Below are positions 7,991-17,423 of a stretch of 34,176 bases of DNA, piece by piece (position 1 is the first letter of the stretch; every line of letters begins with the position of its first letter). The DNA is from Acidimicrobiaceae bacterium (GTDB lineage: Bacteria; Actinomycetota; Acidimicrobiia; Acidimicrobiales; Palsa-688). The stretch covers positions 366 through 34,541 of the forward strand of contig PMHU01000182.1 of NCBI GenBank assembly GCA_003156795.1, written 5' to 3'. The translations under genes and the position numbers were made by a program. Under the pieces are notes generated by a model. The model was not told the origin of the DNA and did no database searches. It saw only the letters and a list, made by a program, of their open reading frames with translations.

Positions 7991-9193
7991 CTAAGACCTG
8001 CCTCCGAGCCTGGTGTCCCAGAAGCTGAGGTCGTACGTCTCTCGAATGGTGTCGTCAGTATTGAGCCCACGGACCTCTCTCAGCCCGAACCGAGGTCGCT
8101 GTGTGTCAACCGCGAGGACTGGCCGGGCGAAGCCGACGTAGAACCGTAGACCGTCGATCGGTGCATCTCGGCACGGCGGGAGATCACGTTCCGCGCCGTC
8201 GTGAGTGACGAGGATCACCCTGACGATGGACGGGTCGGTTCGGACAACGATTGCGAGCGGTCCGTCGTCTGTTTGGCTGCTGTAGACGTTCATCACGTCG
8301 TCGTTCGACAGCTTCGGGCCACCCATTCCGCCCCCGGAGGTGGCACCGGATTGGTCTTCTAGGTGGAGCACGGTCGAATAGCTTTCGTCGTCTCCGCCGG
8401 CTTGAAGTGCCCAGCGCACCCCGTCGTCGGTGACTCCTTCGGCGATCAGTCGTTCCTCGTCGGGCGCCGCCGGGGCCCGCTCTGCCTCGGCCGACAGAGT
8501 GCCATCCCCCGGACGCCGCTTTCCGCCGAAGTCACCCGTAGGTCTATGGGCCACCACCACCCCGCAGAGCAGGCAGTAGACGAACGCGACGTCGATGGTC
8601 CTGGACTCGTCCCCTGCCTCAGGACGGACCGGAAGGACTCGATAGCGGACATGGTCTTCGAGGGGTGATTGACAGGTAGGGCATCGGGGGCCTTGTCTCG
8701 ATGATGCCTCGGTCATCGTCGTGGCCTCGGCGGTGGTCTCAGTCGGAGGGTCGCCCAGTAGATGGATCACCTGGTAGCGAACCCGAGCCAGGTCGACACC
8801 CAAACCGACGAGCACCTGGGTGCCCACCCCCTCGCCTTCACGCAGGAGGCCCAAGAGCAGATGTTCGGTGCCGATGTACAGGTGCCCGAGCTGGAGAGCC
8901 TCCCGCAGGGATAGCTCTAGTACCTTCTTGGCTCGTGGGGTGAATGGCGGCGAGCCCGTGGTCGACGACCCGGATGGGCCGATCGTTTCTTCTACCTCTT
9001 CACGAACGGTTTCAAGGGCGACGCCCAGCGAGGTCAGTGCCTTGGCCGCGATGCCCTCGCCCTCGTGGAGCAGCCCGAGCAGAACATGTTCGGTCCCGAT
9101 GAAGTTGTGGTTGAGAAGCCTCGCCTCTTCCTGGGCCAGCACCAAGACCCTGCGGGCTCGGTCGGTGAACCGTTCGAACACGCTCACCATCAT
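7991..9193 (-). CDS. Clp R (Clp_N) domain protein with a Cys4 zinc-ribbon-like segment and an uncharacterised C-terminal domain; no AAA+ module
   Basis: The N-terminus (M)[40 protein letters not shown] plus a second repeat [21 protein letters not shown] form a ClpC-type double repeat. Next come CPTCQSPL...CLLCG and ~200 aa of unknown fold. The start could be 9193, 9190 or 9181 (GTG giving MFERF); the ORF extends to the ATG at 9244. Confidence 0.8.
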   Translation of the reverse strand: MMVSVFERFTDRARRVLVLAQEEARLLNHNFIGTEHVLLGLLHEGEGIAAKALTSLGVALETVREEVEETIGPSGSSTTGSPPFTPRAKKVLELSLREALQLGHLYIGTEHLLLGLLREGEGVGTQVLVGLGVDLARVRYQVIHLLGDPPTETTAEATTMTEASSRQGPRCPTCQSPLEDHVRYRVLPVRPEAGDESRTIDVAFVYCLLCGVVVAHRPTGDFGGKRRPGDGTLSAEAERAPAAPDEERLIAEGVTDDGVRWALQAGGDDESYSTVLHLEDQSGATSGGGMGGPKLSNDDVMNVYSSQTDDGPLAIVVRTDPSIVRVILVTHDGAERDLPPCRDAPIDGLRFYVGFARPVLAVDTQRPRFGLREVRGLNTDDTIRETYDLSFWDTRLGGRS

Positions 9194-9250
9194 CGCGCTC
9201 TGGTTCGTGCCAGTTCGACGAGGTATGGGGACATGGGGCAGCATCGAACC

Positions 9251-9556
9251 ATGACCGAACAGATCGAGATCCTTTCCCTAGGCGAACACGCCTACAGAGT
9301 CACTCTGCGAAATGGCAATACAACTACCCGTCACCACGTCGTTGTGCCGTCAGCGCTGACAACCGACCTCGGCTTGGGACCCGACGATGACCAACGCCTC
9401 GTGCGAAGTTCGTTCGAGTTCCTGCTGGAACGTGAGGAGGCTACGTCCATCCTGGAACGGTTCGATCTCGACGTTATCGGCCGCTACTTCCCGGAGTACG
9501 TTTCGACCGTCCGCCTCCGACTTGGGCCGCCAGCCAACCGGCGGTCGTCAGGCTGA
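9251..9556 (+). CDS. Hypothetical protein (101 aa)
   Basis: The ATG at 9251 starts [32 protein letters not shown].... The composition looks protein-like. It is divergent from the Clp_N gene and convergent with the DUF885 gene. No motif recognised. Confidence 0.55.
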   Translation: MTEQIEILSLGEHAYRVTLRNGNTTTRHHVVVPSALTTDLGLGPDDDQRLVRSSFEFLLEREEATSILERFDLDVIGRYFPEYVSTVRLRLGPPANRRSSG

Positions 9557-9601
9557 CGATGGAGAGTATGGCGCCGTTTCGAGCCGAGGGCTGGACGGGG
9601 C

Positions 9602-11275
9602 TCAGCTAGTGCTGGCGGCCACCGACTCGACCCAGCGGTCGATGTGGCGGTGCAGGACCGGCATGGGGAGGGAGCCGCTGTCGAGCAGTGCAGCATGGAA
9701 GGCCGGCAACGCGAATGCCGCGCCGAGTCGCGCCTTTGCCCCGTCCCTCGCCTTGACGATCTCCAGTTTGCCCGTCATGTACGACAGGGCCTGGCCGGGC
9801 ATGGCCAGGTAGCGGTCGATTTCGTTGGCGGCGAACTCGGGTGGCACGGGGACGTGTTCGACGAAGAACTGGAGCGCTTTGTCCCGGCTCCAGCCGAGGG
9901 CGTGCATACCGGTGTCGACGACCAGCCGGGCGGCGCGCATGAGCGACGCGGTGATCATGCCGAGGCGGGCCTCAGGGCCGGAGTAGATGCCCATCTCGTC
10001 GGCGAGCTGCTCGGCGTAGAGGCCCCAGCCTTCGGAGAAAACGGTGAGGTAGCGGGTCCGTTGCAGGTCGGGCAGGCCGGTCAGCTGCATTATCCGCCCG
10101 AACTGGAGGTGGTGGCCCGGGACCGCCTCGTGGAAGGCGACGACTTCGAGGTCGAAGCCGGTGCCGGCGGTGGGGCGGTGGGTGTTGAACCAGTAGGTGC
10201 CGGGCCTGGTGCCGTCGGCGCGGGGCGGCGTGTAGTGGGGGGCGGTGCCGCTGACGGCGACGAACTCGGGCATGGGCTGGATGTCACATGGCGGGGGCAG
10301 GGGAGCGGGGAACACCTCGCCGGCGTGGACCTCGGCCCGGCGGACGGCCTCGATCGCGATCCGGATGGTCTCCTCCGGCGGGCGCCGACCGGCGCTGGCC
10401 CGCTGTGCTTCGTGGACGGCCTTTAGGTCGTGCAGGCCGATCGATGCGCCGAGATCGAGGGCATGGGCTTCGAGGGCGGCGACTTGGTCCAGGCCGGTCT
10501 GGTGGATCTGATCGGCGGTAAGCGAAAGCGTGGTGTGCAGCCGGATGAGGCGCTGGTAATCCTCGTCGCCGCCGGGAATGTGGGTGAGGCCAGCCCTGTT
10601 GGCCGGGCGGGACTGGGGGAGGAGATCCCGAATGGTGTCGATCCATCGGCCCATCGCCGGCCTCACAGTGTCGGCGGCGATGCGGTCCCGCTGCTCGACC
10701 CAATCGTCGGCTCCGGCCCAGCCGCGCGGCGGCTGCGGAGCGGCCAACGGGCCGGGGACCGGCGCCGCCACTAGTTTCTCGGCCCACTCGACGGCGTCGG
10801 CCACCAGCGAGGCGACGGGCAATCTCCCCTTGGCGGCACCGGTACGGAGACGTTCGGAGAGTTGATCGATGTAGTCGCCACTCCGGGACAGCCGGGTCAG
10901 GTAGGTGGAGGCCTCGTCAGAGTCGGCCGGAACTGTGCGTGCGGCCACGGCGAAGAACTGGGCCGGCGGCGCGAAAGGCTGCGAGGACACGATGTGCTCG
11001 ACGCCGGCCGAGTCGATGACCGCGATCTCCTGCTCGATGAACGTGGTGACGCAGCCGAGAGTCACGCTGTCGGCTGGCGACGGCGTCGCCGCTTCGAGGG
11101 TCCGGGCCTCGGCCAGCATCTCCTCCATCTCTGCCCGCCGGCCCGCTTCGCCGGCCTCGCTGGCGTCGGGCACCAGATCGTCATAGCCGGAGACGCCCAT
11201 GTAGCTGGCCTCGAACGGATTGGCCCTATTCATGGCGGCATCGAGACGGTCGGCCAGCTCCCGAGCGGTACTCAT
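9602..11275 (-). CDS. DUF885 family protein (putative metallopeptidase-like)
   Basis: ~557 aa starting from MSTARELADRLD. It has an HExxH-type site (FHEAVPGHHLQ), and length and order are typical of DUF885 (GWGLYAEQLADEMG, TGMHALGW, EIDRY). The upstream 41 codons of the ORF are Arg/Pro-rich and probably not coding. Confidence 0.85.
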   Translation of the reverse strand: MSTARELADRLDAAMNRANPFEASYMGVSGYDDLVPDASEAGEAGRRAEMEEMLAEARTLEAATPSPADSVTLGCVTTFIEQEIAVIDSAGVEHIVSSQPFAPPAQFFAVAARTVPADSDEASTYLTRLSRSGDYIDQLSERLRTGAAKGRLPVASLVADAVEWAEKLVAAPVPGPLAAPQPPRGWAGADDWVEQRDRIAADTVRPAMGRWIDTIRDLLPQSRPANRAGLTHIPGGDEDYQRLIRLHTTLSLTADQIHQTGLDQVAALEAHALDLGASIGLHDLKAVHEAQRASAGRRPPEETIRIAIEAVRRAEVHAGEVFPAPLPPPCDIQPMPEFVAVSGTAPHYTPPRADGTRPGTYWFNTHRPTAGTGFDLEVVAFHEAVPGHHLQFGRIMQLTGLPDLQRTRYLTVFSEGWGLYAEQLADEMGIYSGPEARLGMITASLMRAARLVVDTGMHALGWSRDKALQFFVEHVPVPPEFAANEIDRYLAMPGQALSYMTGKLEIVKARDGAKARLGAAFALPAFHAALLDSGSLPMPVLHRHIDRWVESVAASTS

Positions 11276-11410
11276 CCGGCTGATGCTAGCGATGAGGTCC
11301 GGAGCGGATCCGCGACCGCACGGCCTGTGGTCTCGACGGCCCGGGCGTCGTCTCGGCTGTCGACTGCGGTGACGCAGAGGGCCTGGGAGCGGCGCCATGC
11401 CGTGGGCTGG

Positions 11411-11641
11411 TCATATGCCTTCAGGGCCAGCAGATGCTGTCGGTCGGTAGAAGCGGTGGATGGCGATCAAACACCAGATCGCCTCAACGACACCGAAGGG
11501 CCAGGCGCCACTGGCGAAGCCGTAGCTACTCGTGAGCGCGCATCCCAGCGCGAACGCCAGGACGAACTTCCGGTCACGCCCCTCCAGGGCATACATAACC
11601 ATCATGAAGGTCAGGACGCTTACCCCGTAGACCGTCAACAT
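11411..11641 (-). CDS. Small integral membrane protein (76 aa)
   Basis: Three hydrophobic helices: VYGVSVLTFMMVMYAL, FVLAFALGCALTSSYGF, PFGVVEAIWCLIAI. ATG start. Same strand as the DUF885 gene. Confidence 0.6.
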   Translation of the reverse strand: MLTVYGVSVLTFMMVMYALEGRDRKFVLAFALGCALTSSYGFASGAWPFGVVEAIWCLIAIHRFYRPTASAGPEGI

Positions 11642-11828
11642 GCAGTCACCCTACGTCCCAGAGCCACTCGAATCGACATCCACTCGCGCCCCCCGGACGT
11701 AAGTCTCCGGGCCCGCTGAGAATCTCTCGTTCTAGCCGTCCAGCTCCGGCTTAGCCGCCTACCGGACCGCCCTGCGACCGACGTCTTTTGTCAATACCTA
11801 CTGGGATTTCCGACCAGGCGGGCTTGGA

Positions 11829-12503
11829 TCAGACGCCCAGTCCCGGGAGGAGGATGGCGACCAACCCGCTGGCGTGAGCCTCGATCCACTCTGGGTCGTC
11901 CGGCTCCCGGCCGGTGAGCAGGCGAACCTCCGGTGCGTTGACGTACGGCAGAGACGCCGCCCCCACCAGCACGTAGTAGAGGATCTGGCCGTCGATAGGT
12001 GCGGCCACCCCGGCGTCCCGAAGTAGCTGCCAAGCCGGTTGGATGGCGTCGAAGAACGGCTTCACGTGGGTCTCGGTCATCCACGCCAGGCGGTCTGTGG
12101 CAGCAGTGCCCTCATGGACCATGATCTGGTTGAGCTCGGGGTGTTCGGCCGCGAACCTCACGAACCGGCGTATCCCTTCGGCGAAGGCCGGCCCGATCTC
12201 CTGCGCTCCAACCCCGGCCAGATCTGCGGGGACCATTCCTCTCAGGGCCTGTCCCAACAACCCGAAGAGGTAATCCACCGACGCCGTCCACAGAGCCGCC
12301 TTCGACTCGAAGTGGTAGTTGATCTGGGGTTGATGGGCTTCGACCCTCTTCGCGATCGAACGCGTCGACGCGCCATCGAAGCCCTTGGCCCCGAACTCGA
12401 CCAGGGCCGACTCCAGTAGGGCCTCTCGTATATCGGTCCGGGCCCGGCGGACCCGGACGGGGTTCGTCTTTGGCGTCTGCGTTCGGGTCTTGCCTGGCAT
12501 CAC
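11829..12503 (-). CDS. TetR/AcrR family transcriptional regulator
   Basis: N-terminal HTH: IREALLESALVEFGAKGFDGASTRSIAKRVEAHQPQINYHFESKAALW. The C-terminal ligand-binding region is helical. It is divergent from the 12558-14963 operon. Confidence 0.9.
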   Translation of the reverse strand: MMPGKTRTQTPKTNPVRVRRARTDIREALLESALVEFGAKGFDGASTRSIAKRVEAHQPQINYHFESKAALWTASVDYLFGLLGQALRGMVPADLAGVGAQEIGPAFAEGIRRFVRFAAEHPELNQIMVHEGTAATDRLAWMTETHVKPFFDAIQPAWQLLRDAGVAAPIDGQILYYVLVGAASLPYVNAPEVRLLTGREPDDPEWIEAHASGLVAILLPGLGV

Positions 12504-12518
12504 TCCTCAGTGTAGTCT

Positions 12519-12536
12519 TATTATCAATCGATAATA
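12519..12536. promoter_or_regulatory. Candidate TetR operator: AT-rich inverted repeat TATTATC-AATC-GATAATA
   Basis: Perfect 7-bp arms with a 4-bp spacer. It lies in the 54-bp gap between the TetR start (12503) and the divergent ATG (12558). The site is strikingly AT-rich for this GC-rich sequence. Confidence 0.4.
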
Positions 12537-12557
12537 GTGAGGGTGAGGTAACGCAGG

Positions 12558-13172
12558 ATGAGCACCACGGGTGAAGTTGTGAGTGAAGGTGGAGGCGGCG
12601 CCGCAGTGCGTCTTTTGCCCCTGTGCAGGGATCCGTTCCAGGCTCCGACCGATCGAGACATGCTGCCTTCAGAGAGACGGGAGTTTGTTCGCACCCACCG
12701 GACGTGCATATTCGGCTATGGACGCCAATCGGATGGTCCGGCGATGTCGGTGGTCTACTACGTCCCAGCCGACAACGACGACCTGTTGGTGGCGACCATG
12801 GGGGCCCGGGCCAAGGCCAAAGCTGTGGCCCGGAACGGCAAGATCAGCCTCTGCGTCCTGGATGAGACCTGGCCCTTTTCCTACCTGCAGGTCTACTGCG
12901 ACGCGGTGATCGACGACGACGGGGAAACGCTGGTGGACCTGATGATGGCGGTGGCGGAGCGAATGTCGGGTGAACCGTTGGGGCCAGAGCTCCGGCCGAT
13001 GGTCAAGGCGCTAGGTGAGGAGGAAGGCCGGGTCCTCCTGCGCTGCCGACCGTACGCCACCTTCGTCACGCCGCCTCGACACCTTCAGAGCAACGACCAG
13101 GACGAGAAGCTCACCCATTGGGTCTCGGCTTCGATGCCCTGGGATGCTCCCGACAAGCCCGACCTACCTTGA
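12558..13172 (+). CDS. PPOX-class (pyridoxamine 5'-phosphate oxidase-like) probable F420-dependent oxidoreductase
   Basis: Split-barrel type landmarks: REFVRTHRTCIFGY, PAMSVVYYV, LLVATMGARAKAKAVARNGKISLCVLDE, YLQVYC. ATG at 12558 is preceded by GGTGAGG. An alternative internal ATG at 12660 would remove a Gly-rich N-terminal extension. Confidence 0.8.
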   Translation: MSTTGEVVSEGGGGAAVRLLPLCRDPFQAPTDRDMLPSERREFVRTHRTCIFGYGRQSDGPAMSVVYYVPADNDDLLVATMGARAKAKAVARNGKISLCVLDETWPFSYLQVYCDAVIDDDGETLVDLMMAVAERMSGEPLGPELRPMVKALGEEEGRVLLRCRPYATFVTPPRHLQSNDQDEKLTHWVSASMPWDAPDKPDLP

Positions 13173-14026
13173 CATTCCGCTTCGCCAACATCGAAGGCCG
13201 CGCCGCACTGGTCGACTACGACGGCCGCTGGTTCGACGCGGAGCGGGTAAGTAGTGGTGTCGTCAGCGCCGATCCGATGGAAGCGTGGTTTCAGCTCGAC
13301 GACCTCCACGTAGCCGCCCGCAAAATCGCAGAGGCGCGGCCGGACGGGAACATCAGCGTCGCCGTTCTCGGGCCGCCGATCCCTTCGCCTCGTAGCGTGT
13401 TCGCCGTCGGGCTGAACTATCAGGCCCATGCCGACGAGGCCAAGATGAAAGTGCCGGACGTGCCGGTCGTGTTCACCAAGTTCCCGAGTTGTCTCGCTGG
13501 CCCCACCGACGCGGTGGTCCTCGGCGGAAGCGCCGATGACTACGAAGCGGAGCTTGTGGTGGTCATCGGAGTCGGGGGCCGGGGCATCCCACGGGAGGAC
13601 GCCTGGCACCACGTCGGCGGCCTGACCGTCGGCCAGGACATCTCCGATCGAGCCCTGCAGTTCGCGGCGGAGCCCGCCCACTTCGATCTGGGCAAGTCAC
13701 GCGACACCTACGGGCCGATCGGCCCTGTCGTCGTCTCCACCGACTCGTTCGCCGACCCGGCGGACCTCCTTCTCACCTGTCAGGTCAACGGAGAGCGGCG
13801 CCAAGAGGACCGAACCTCGAATCTGATCTTCGATGTCCCGACCCTGATCAGCTATCTGTCCAACATTCTGACGCTGACGCCGGGTGACCTGATATTCACC
13901 GGCACCCCAGAAGGAGTCGGGGCAGCCAGCTTCCGGTTCCTGGCCGACGGGGACGTGATCACCACCACGATCGAAGGCATTGGCACCATGGCCAACCGGT
14001 GTCGACAACCAGACCAACCCGCCTAG
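13169..14026 (+). CDS. Fumarylacetoacetate hydrolase (FAH) family protein
   Basis: FAH-domain landmarks: VFAVGLNYQAHADE, PVVFTKFPSCL, DYEAELVVVIG, VGQDISDR, GKSRDTYGPIGP, LIFDVPTLISYLS, LTPGDLIFTGTPEGVG. A probable TTG start at 13169 overlaps the upstream TGA (TTGA), giving (M)TFRFANIEG. Confidence 0.88.
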   Translation: MTFRFANIEGRAALVDYDGRWFDAERVSSGVVSADPMEAWFQLDDLHVAARKIAEARPDGNISVAVLGPPIPSPRSVFAVGLNYQAHADEAKMKVPDVPVVFTKFPSCLAGPTDAVVLGGSADDYEAELVVVIGVGGRGIPREDAWHHVGGLTVGQDISDRALQFAAEPAHFDLGKSRDTYGPIGPVVVSTDSFADPADLLLTCQVNGERRQEDRTSNLIFDVPTLISYLSNILTLTPGDLIFTGTPEGVGAASFRFLADGDVITTTIEGIGTMANRCRQPDQPA

Positions 14027-14042
14027 GAGAGGAGGATCGTCA

Positions 14043-14963
14043 GTGGGCCTGCACAGACTGGCGTCAATCACGATCGGCGTTCCCAACGTCGAAGAGACAG
14101 CCGACTACTACGCCGAGTTCGGGTTAGCCCGTGACGGTGACCGATTCTCCACCGCCGACGGCGGCGAACAGCTACGTATCGTCGCCCGTTCCAGCCGCCG
14201 GCTGGTCGAGCTGGTCGTGGGCGTCGACGATCCCGACGACTTGGATCGCGTGATGGATCGACTGGGCCGGCTCGGCGTCACGACCGAGCGCGACTCCGCG
14301 AGCCTCAGCGCGGTCGAAACCCACAGCGGCGCTCGGGCCGTGGTCAAGATCCTGCCCCGGATCCCACAACATCCGGCGGCGAGTACCCCGTACAACGGCC
14401 CGGGCCGTGTCGAACGAGAGAACCTGCGTGCACCGGGCGTCGTGCGGGACGGCCCACTTCGTCCTCGCAAACTGGGACATGTCGTCATCGGCACACCAGA
14501 CGCCGAGGCATCCCAGCGGTTCTTCGTGGATGCGATCGGGTTCAAGATAAGCGACGAAGTCCCTGGCATCGCCACTTTCATGCGGTGCTCCACCGACCAT
14601 CACAACCTGCTGCTCCAACCCTCCCCGGTGGCGTTCCTCCATCACACTTCTTGGCAGGTCGACGATGTCGACGAAGTCGGGCGTGGTGCTATGCGAATGC
14701 TCGAGGGCCATCCCGAGCGGCATACGTGGGGGTTGGGACGTCATTACATCGGTTCCAACTTCTTCTGGTACCTGCGCGACCCAGCCGGCAACTTCTCCGA
14801 GTATTACTCCGACATGGACACCATCACCGACGATCAGTTGTGGAAACCCGGCACATGGGAACCATCGCTCCGGGCCCTTTATGCGTGGGGTCCCGACGTG
14901 CCACCGTCGATGCTCCAGCCCGACGATTTGGCCGACCTCATGGCCTCTTCGCACCGAGGTTGA
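14043..14963 (+). CDS. Two-module VOC-superfamily protein, probable extradiol ring-cleavage dioxygenase
   Basis: The GTG at 14043 follows AGGAGAGGAGG. There are two glyoxalase/VOC modules (LASITIGVPNVEETADYYAEFG and LGHVVIGTPDAEASQRFFVDAIGF). Candidate His/His/Glu metal ligands are GHVV, HHTSW and NFSEYY. Confidence 0.85.
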   Translation: MGLHRLASITIGVPNVEETADYYAEFGLARDGDRFSTADGGEQLRIVARSSRRLVELVVGVDDPDDLDRVMDRLGRLGVTTERDSASLSAVETHSGARAVVKILPRIPQHPAASTPYNGPGRVERENLRAPGVVRDGPLRPRKLGHVVIGTPDAEASQRFFVDAIGFKISDEVPGIATFMRCSTDHHNLLLQPSPVAFLHHTSWQVDDVDEVGRGAMRMLEGHPERHTWGLGRHYIGSNFFWYLRDPAGNFSEYYSDMDTITDDQLWKPGTWEPSLRALYAWGPDVPPSMLQPDDLADLMASSHRG

Positions 14964-15019
14964 CCTGAGGCGGTTCCGGGGACTCGATGCTGCAGGCACG
15001 TTGCTCGTAGCATCTCTGA

Positions 15020-15433
15020 ATGAGCGTCGTGATCCGGACAGCAGGCGTGGAGGATGCGTCTCAAGTCCTTTCGCTATGGCGGAGGGCCGAGGCCGAACCT
15101 AGCCATACCGATGACGTTGACAGCATCGCGGCGCTGGTAGTCCGTGACCCCGAAGCCCTCATGGTGGCTGACGACGGTGATGGTATCGTGGGCTCGATCA
15201 TTGCCGGCTGGGATGGCTGGCGAGGGTCTATCTATCGGTTGGTGGTGGCGCCGGGTCAGAGACGCCGCGGTCTCGGGGGCCAGCTCGTTGAAGCCGCCGA
15301 GCAGCGGTTGGCAAGGGCCGGGGCCGCCCGGTTGCAGGCGATCGTCGTCGAGACCGACTTACAGGCAACGGCGTTCTGGCGAGCGACCGGCTGGGAACAA
15401 CAGGTAGCACGTCTTCGCTTCGTCAAGGGCTGA
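15020..15433 (+). CDS. GNAT family N-acetyltransferase
   Basis: 137 aa. Acetyl-CoA motif A: YRLVVAPGQRRRGLGGQLVEAAEQRL. The tail AFWRATGWE is typical. Confidence 0.9.
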   Translation: MSVVIRTAGVEDASQVLSLWRRAEAEPSHTDDVDSIAALVVRDPEALMVADDGDGIVGSIIAGWDGWRGSIYRLVVAPGQRRRGLGGQLVEAAEQRLARAGAARLQAIVVETDLQATAFWRATGWEQQVARLRFVKG

Positions 15434-15606
15434 CCTTCTCGAGCCGTCCTGGGCCGACCCAGGTTGAATGTCGAAACGGTCACGGCCTCGGCGGTTTATG
15501 GCGGGCTTCGCCCTGCCGGGCATGAGGTGTTGGTCTCAACCCGAGTGACGACCGGAGATCTGCAGACGAGAATCTCGGCGCCGCGTCGAGGCTTAAAGTC
15601 AAACGC

Positions 15607-16299
15607 ATGCCTGATCACAATGAGGACGAACGAGCGACTCGCCTGCTCGAAGCGCAGTCCAAGGCCGCGGCCCTCTTCGCTCTCGTCGAGTCCCACGAGG
15701 TCGTCCAAGCCGGCGTGCTCGAGAGTGAAGCGAGCAGAGCAGTCAGCGATCTCGCTGCGGACCTGCTGGGCGTCACCCGACATTGGCACAAGCGGATCGT
15801 CCGCTCCGGGCCGAACACTCTGCAGACTTTTGATGCGAGCCCTCCCGATCGGGAGATCACCGATGACGACATCGTGTTCGCCGACTTTGGTCCGATCTTC
15901 GACCAGTGGGAGGCGGACTTTGGCCGTACGTGGGTGGTCGGGGATGACCCGGTCAAGCTCCGGCTTCGAGACGACCTACCCCGGGTCTTTGCGGCCGGCA
16001 AGCGGTGCTTCGAAAACAATGCCGACGTCACCGCCGCGGAGTTGTACGGCGAGGTGGTGCGGTTGAGCACCGAGCTGGGCTGGGAGTTCGGAAATGTTCA
16101 CTGCGGTCACCTGGTGGGCGAGTTTCCCCATGAGCGTTTCGCCGGTGACCGAGCCAAGTCCATGATCAGAGCCGACAACGAGCTGCCAATGCGGCGACGG
16201 GACCCCTCGGGGCGGGCCGGCCATTGGATCCTCGAAGTGCACCTAGTAGACCGCAGTCGACAGATCGGCGGCTTCTATGAGGAATTGCTGACGCTGTAG
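15607..16299 (+). CDS. M24 family metallopeptidase (pita-bread fold, catalytic domain only)
   Basis: 230 aa: HKRIVRSGPNT, IVFADFGPIF..WEADFGRTW (Asp ligands), HCGHLVG (His ligand), HWILEVHL and GGFYEELL (Glu ligands). Confidence 0.8.
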   Translation: MPDHNEDERATRLLEAQSKAAALFALVESHEVVQAGVLESEASRAVSDLAADLLGVTRHWHKRIVRSGPNTLQTFDASPPDREITDDDIVFADFGPIFDQWEADFGRTWVVGDDPVKLRLRDDLPRVFAAGKRCFENNADVTAAELYGEVVRLSTELGWEFGNVHCGHLVGEFPHERFAGDRAKSMIRADNELPMRRRDPSGRAGHWILEVHLVDRSRQIGGFYEELLTL

Positions 16300-16431
16300 A
16301 CAGTTCATGCGGGAGCCGACTGACAGCCCGCCATCTTGACGGCCCGCACGGCGACCCGATCCTAGGATCCGGCCCTCCTCTTGAAGGGGTGGCCGGCCCA
16401 AAAGGGTGGCCTCCGCCGTGGCCTAGCTTCG

Positions 16432-17184
16432 CTAAGGCTCGGAGACGAGAAGTCGCAATGACCCGTCGAAGCCGTCTTGGTTACGAAGGTGTCCCCACCG
16501 CCGGTCCCAGGCGCCGGTGCGTAGATCGTCTGCCAAGCGACCCACGATACGTTCCTCAGCACCGGGGGCCAGGAGCGGCCAGAACGACTGGGCCGACCGT
16601 ACCCGTGCATCGAGAAGAGCCTCCGGGCGGCGCCAGAACGCCTCGAGGAAGCCGTCGGTGCATGCTGCGGGGGTCCGAATCCGCTCGACCCGGGCCCTGC
16701 CGCCCAGAACTTCAGCGATGGTGTCGAGGGAAGGAAACCGAGACTCGTCCATGATCAGCGCCTCCTCTAGGTAGTAGCGCTGCCATGCCGGCAGGGCGGA
16801 CAATTCGAAGGTCAAGACCACAACTGGTCCTGCGGCTACCCGGCGCATCTCCGCCAGGCCAGCGGCGGCCGGCCTCCAATGGTGGATGGTCACGCTGGCC
16901 ATCGCAGCGTCGAAGGCTTTGTCGGGGAATGGAAGCGCCTCGGCTCGGCCGGCCACCACCGGACTGGCGCCAACCGGGCGCTGGGCGCGCATCACTGCGC
17001 TCGGCTCCACCGCAACCACGGATCGATCCGTGGGCTCGTATGAGCCGGCTCCAGCGCCGACGTTGACCACGGTTTGGGCCTCGTCCAAGGCCGTCGAGAT
17101 CGCCGCTGCGATGGTGGGGTCGGGCTGTCGGTGGGCGGCGTAGGTTCGACCGTGCCGCTCGTAGTCGACGAAGGGAAGTGACAC
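16432..17184 (-). CDS. Class I SAM-dependent methyltransferase
   Basis: Motif I is VVNVGAGAGSYEP, and the post-I/II region is AEALPFPDKAFDAAMASVTIHHW. GTG start at 17184. Confidence 0.85.
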   Translation of the reverse strand: MSLPFVDYERHGRTYAAHRQPDPTIAAAISTALDEAQTVVNVGAGAGSYEPTDRSVVAVEPSAVMRAQRPVGASPVVAGRAEALPFPDKAFDAAMASVTIHHWRPAAAGLAEMRRVAAGPVVVLTFELSALPAWQRYYLEEALIMDESRFPSLDTIAEVLGGRARVERIRTPAACTDGFLEAFWRRPEALLDARVRSAQSFWPLLAPGAEERIVGRLADDLRTGAWDRRWGHLRNQDGFDGSLRLLVSEP

Positions 17185-17423
17185 ACGGTGACGCTACAGC
17201 TGACGCAGCGACCGACGGTGCAATGGAAGGCTCGCGGGTGCCCGACAACCGCGCCGGCTGACGGGCCTTGCTCGTCGGAAGGGACCGGGCGGCGTTCGAG
17301 CGACGCCGGGACCATGCATCCGGCTCGCCGACCTTATGGTGCATTTCGGGCTGGCCGGCGCCGGCGCTTCTTGGTCGCTTGGATCGGCAGTGCAGACCAG
17401 CGTCAATCGTGTCACCATTGGGC

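Noticed and set aside
15448-15463. CCTGGG-ccga-CCCAGG hairpin 15 nt after the GNAT stop. I considered it as an intrinsic terminator for the 12558-15433 gene string.
   Set aside because: It has only a 6-bp stem followed by just two T residues. It is plausible for an actinobacterial terminator but cannot be distinguished from chance without free-energy calculation or transcript 3'-end data.
17268-17423. Upstream 52 codons of the phospholipase C ORF.
   Set aside because: The twin-arginine signal peptide begins at the ATG at 17424. The upstream part is Arg-rich and would bury the signal peptide internally.
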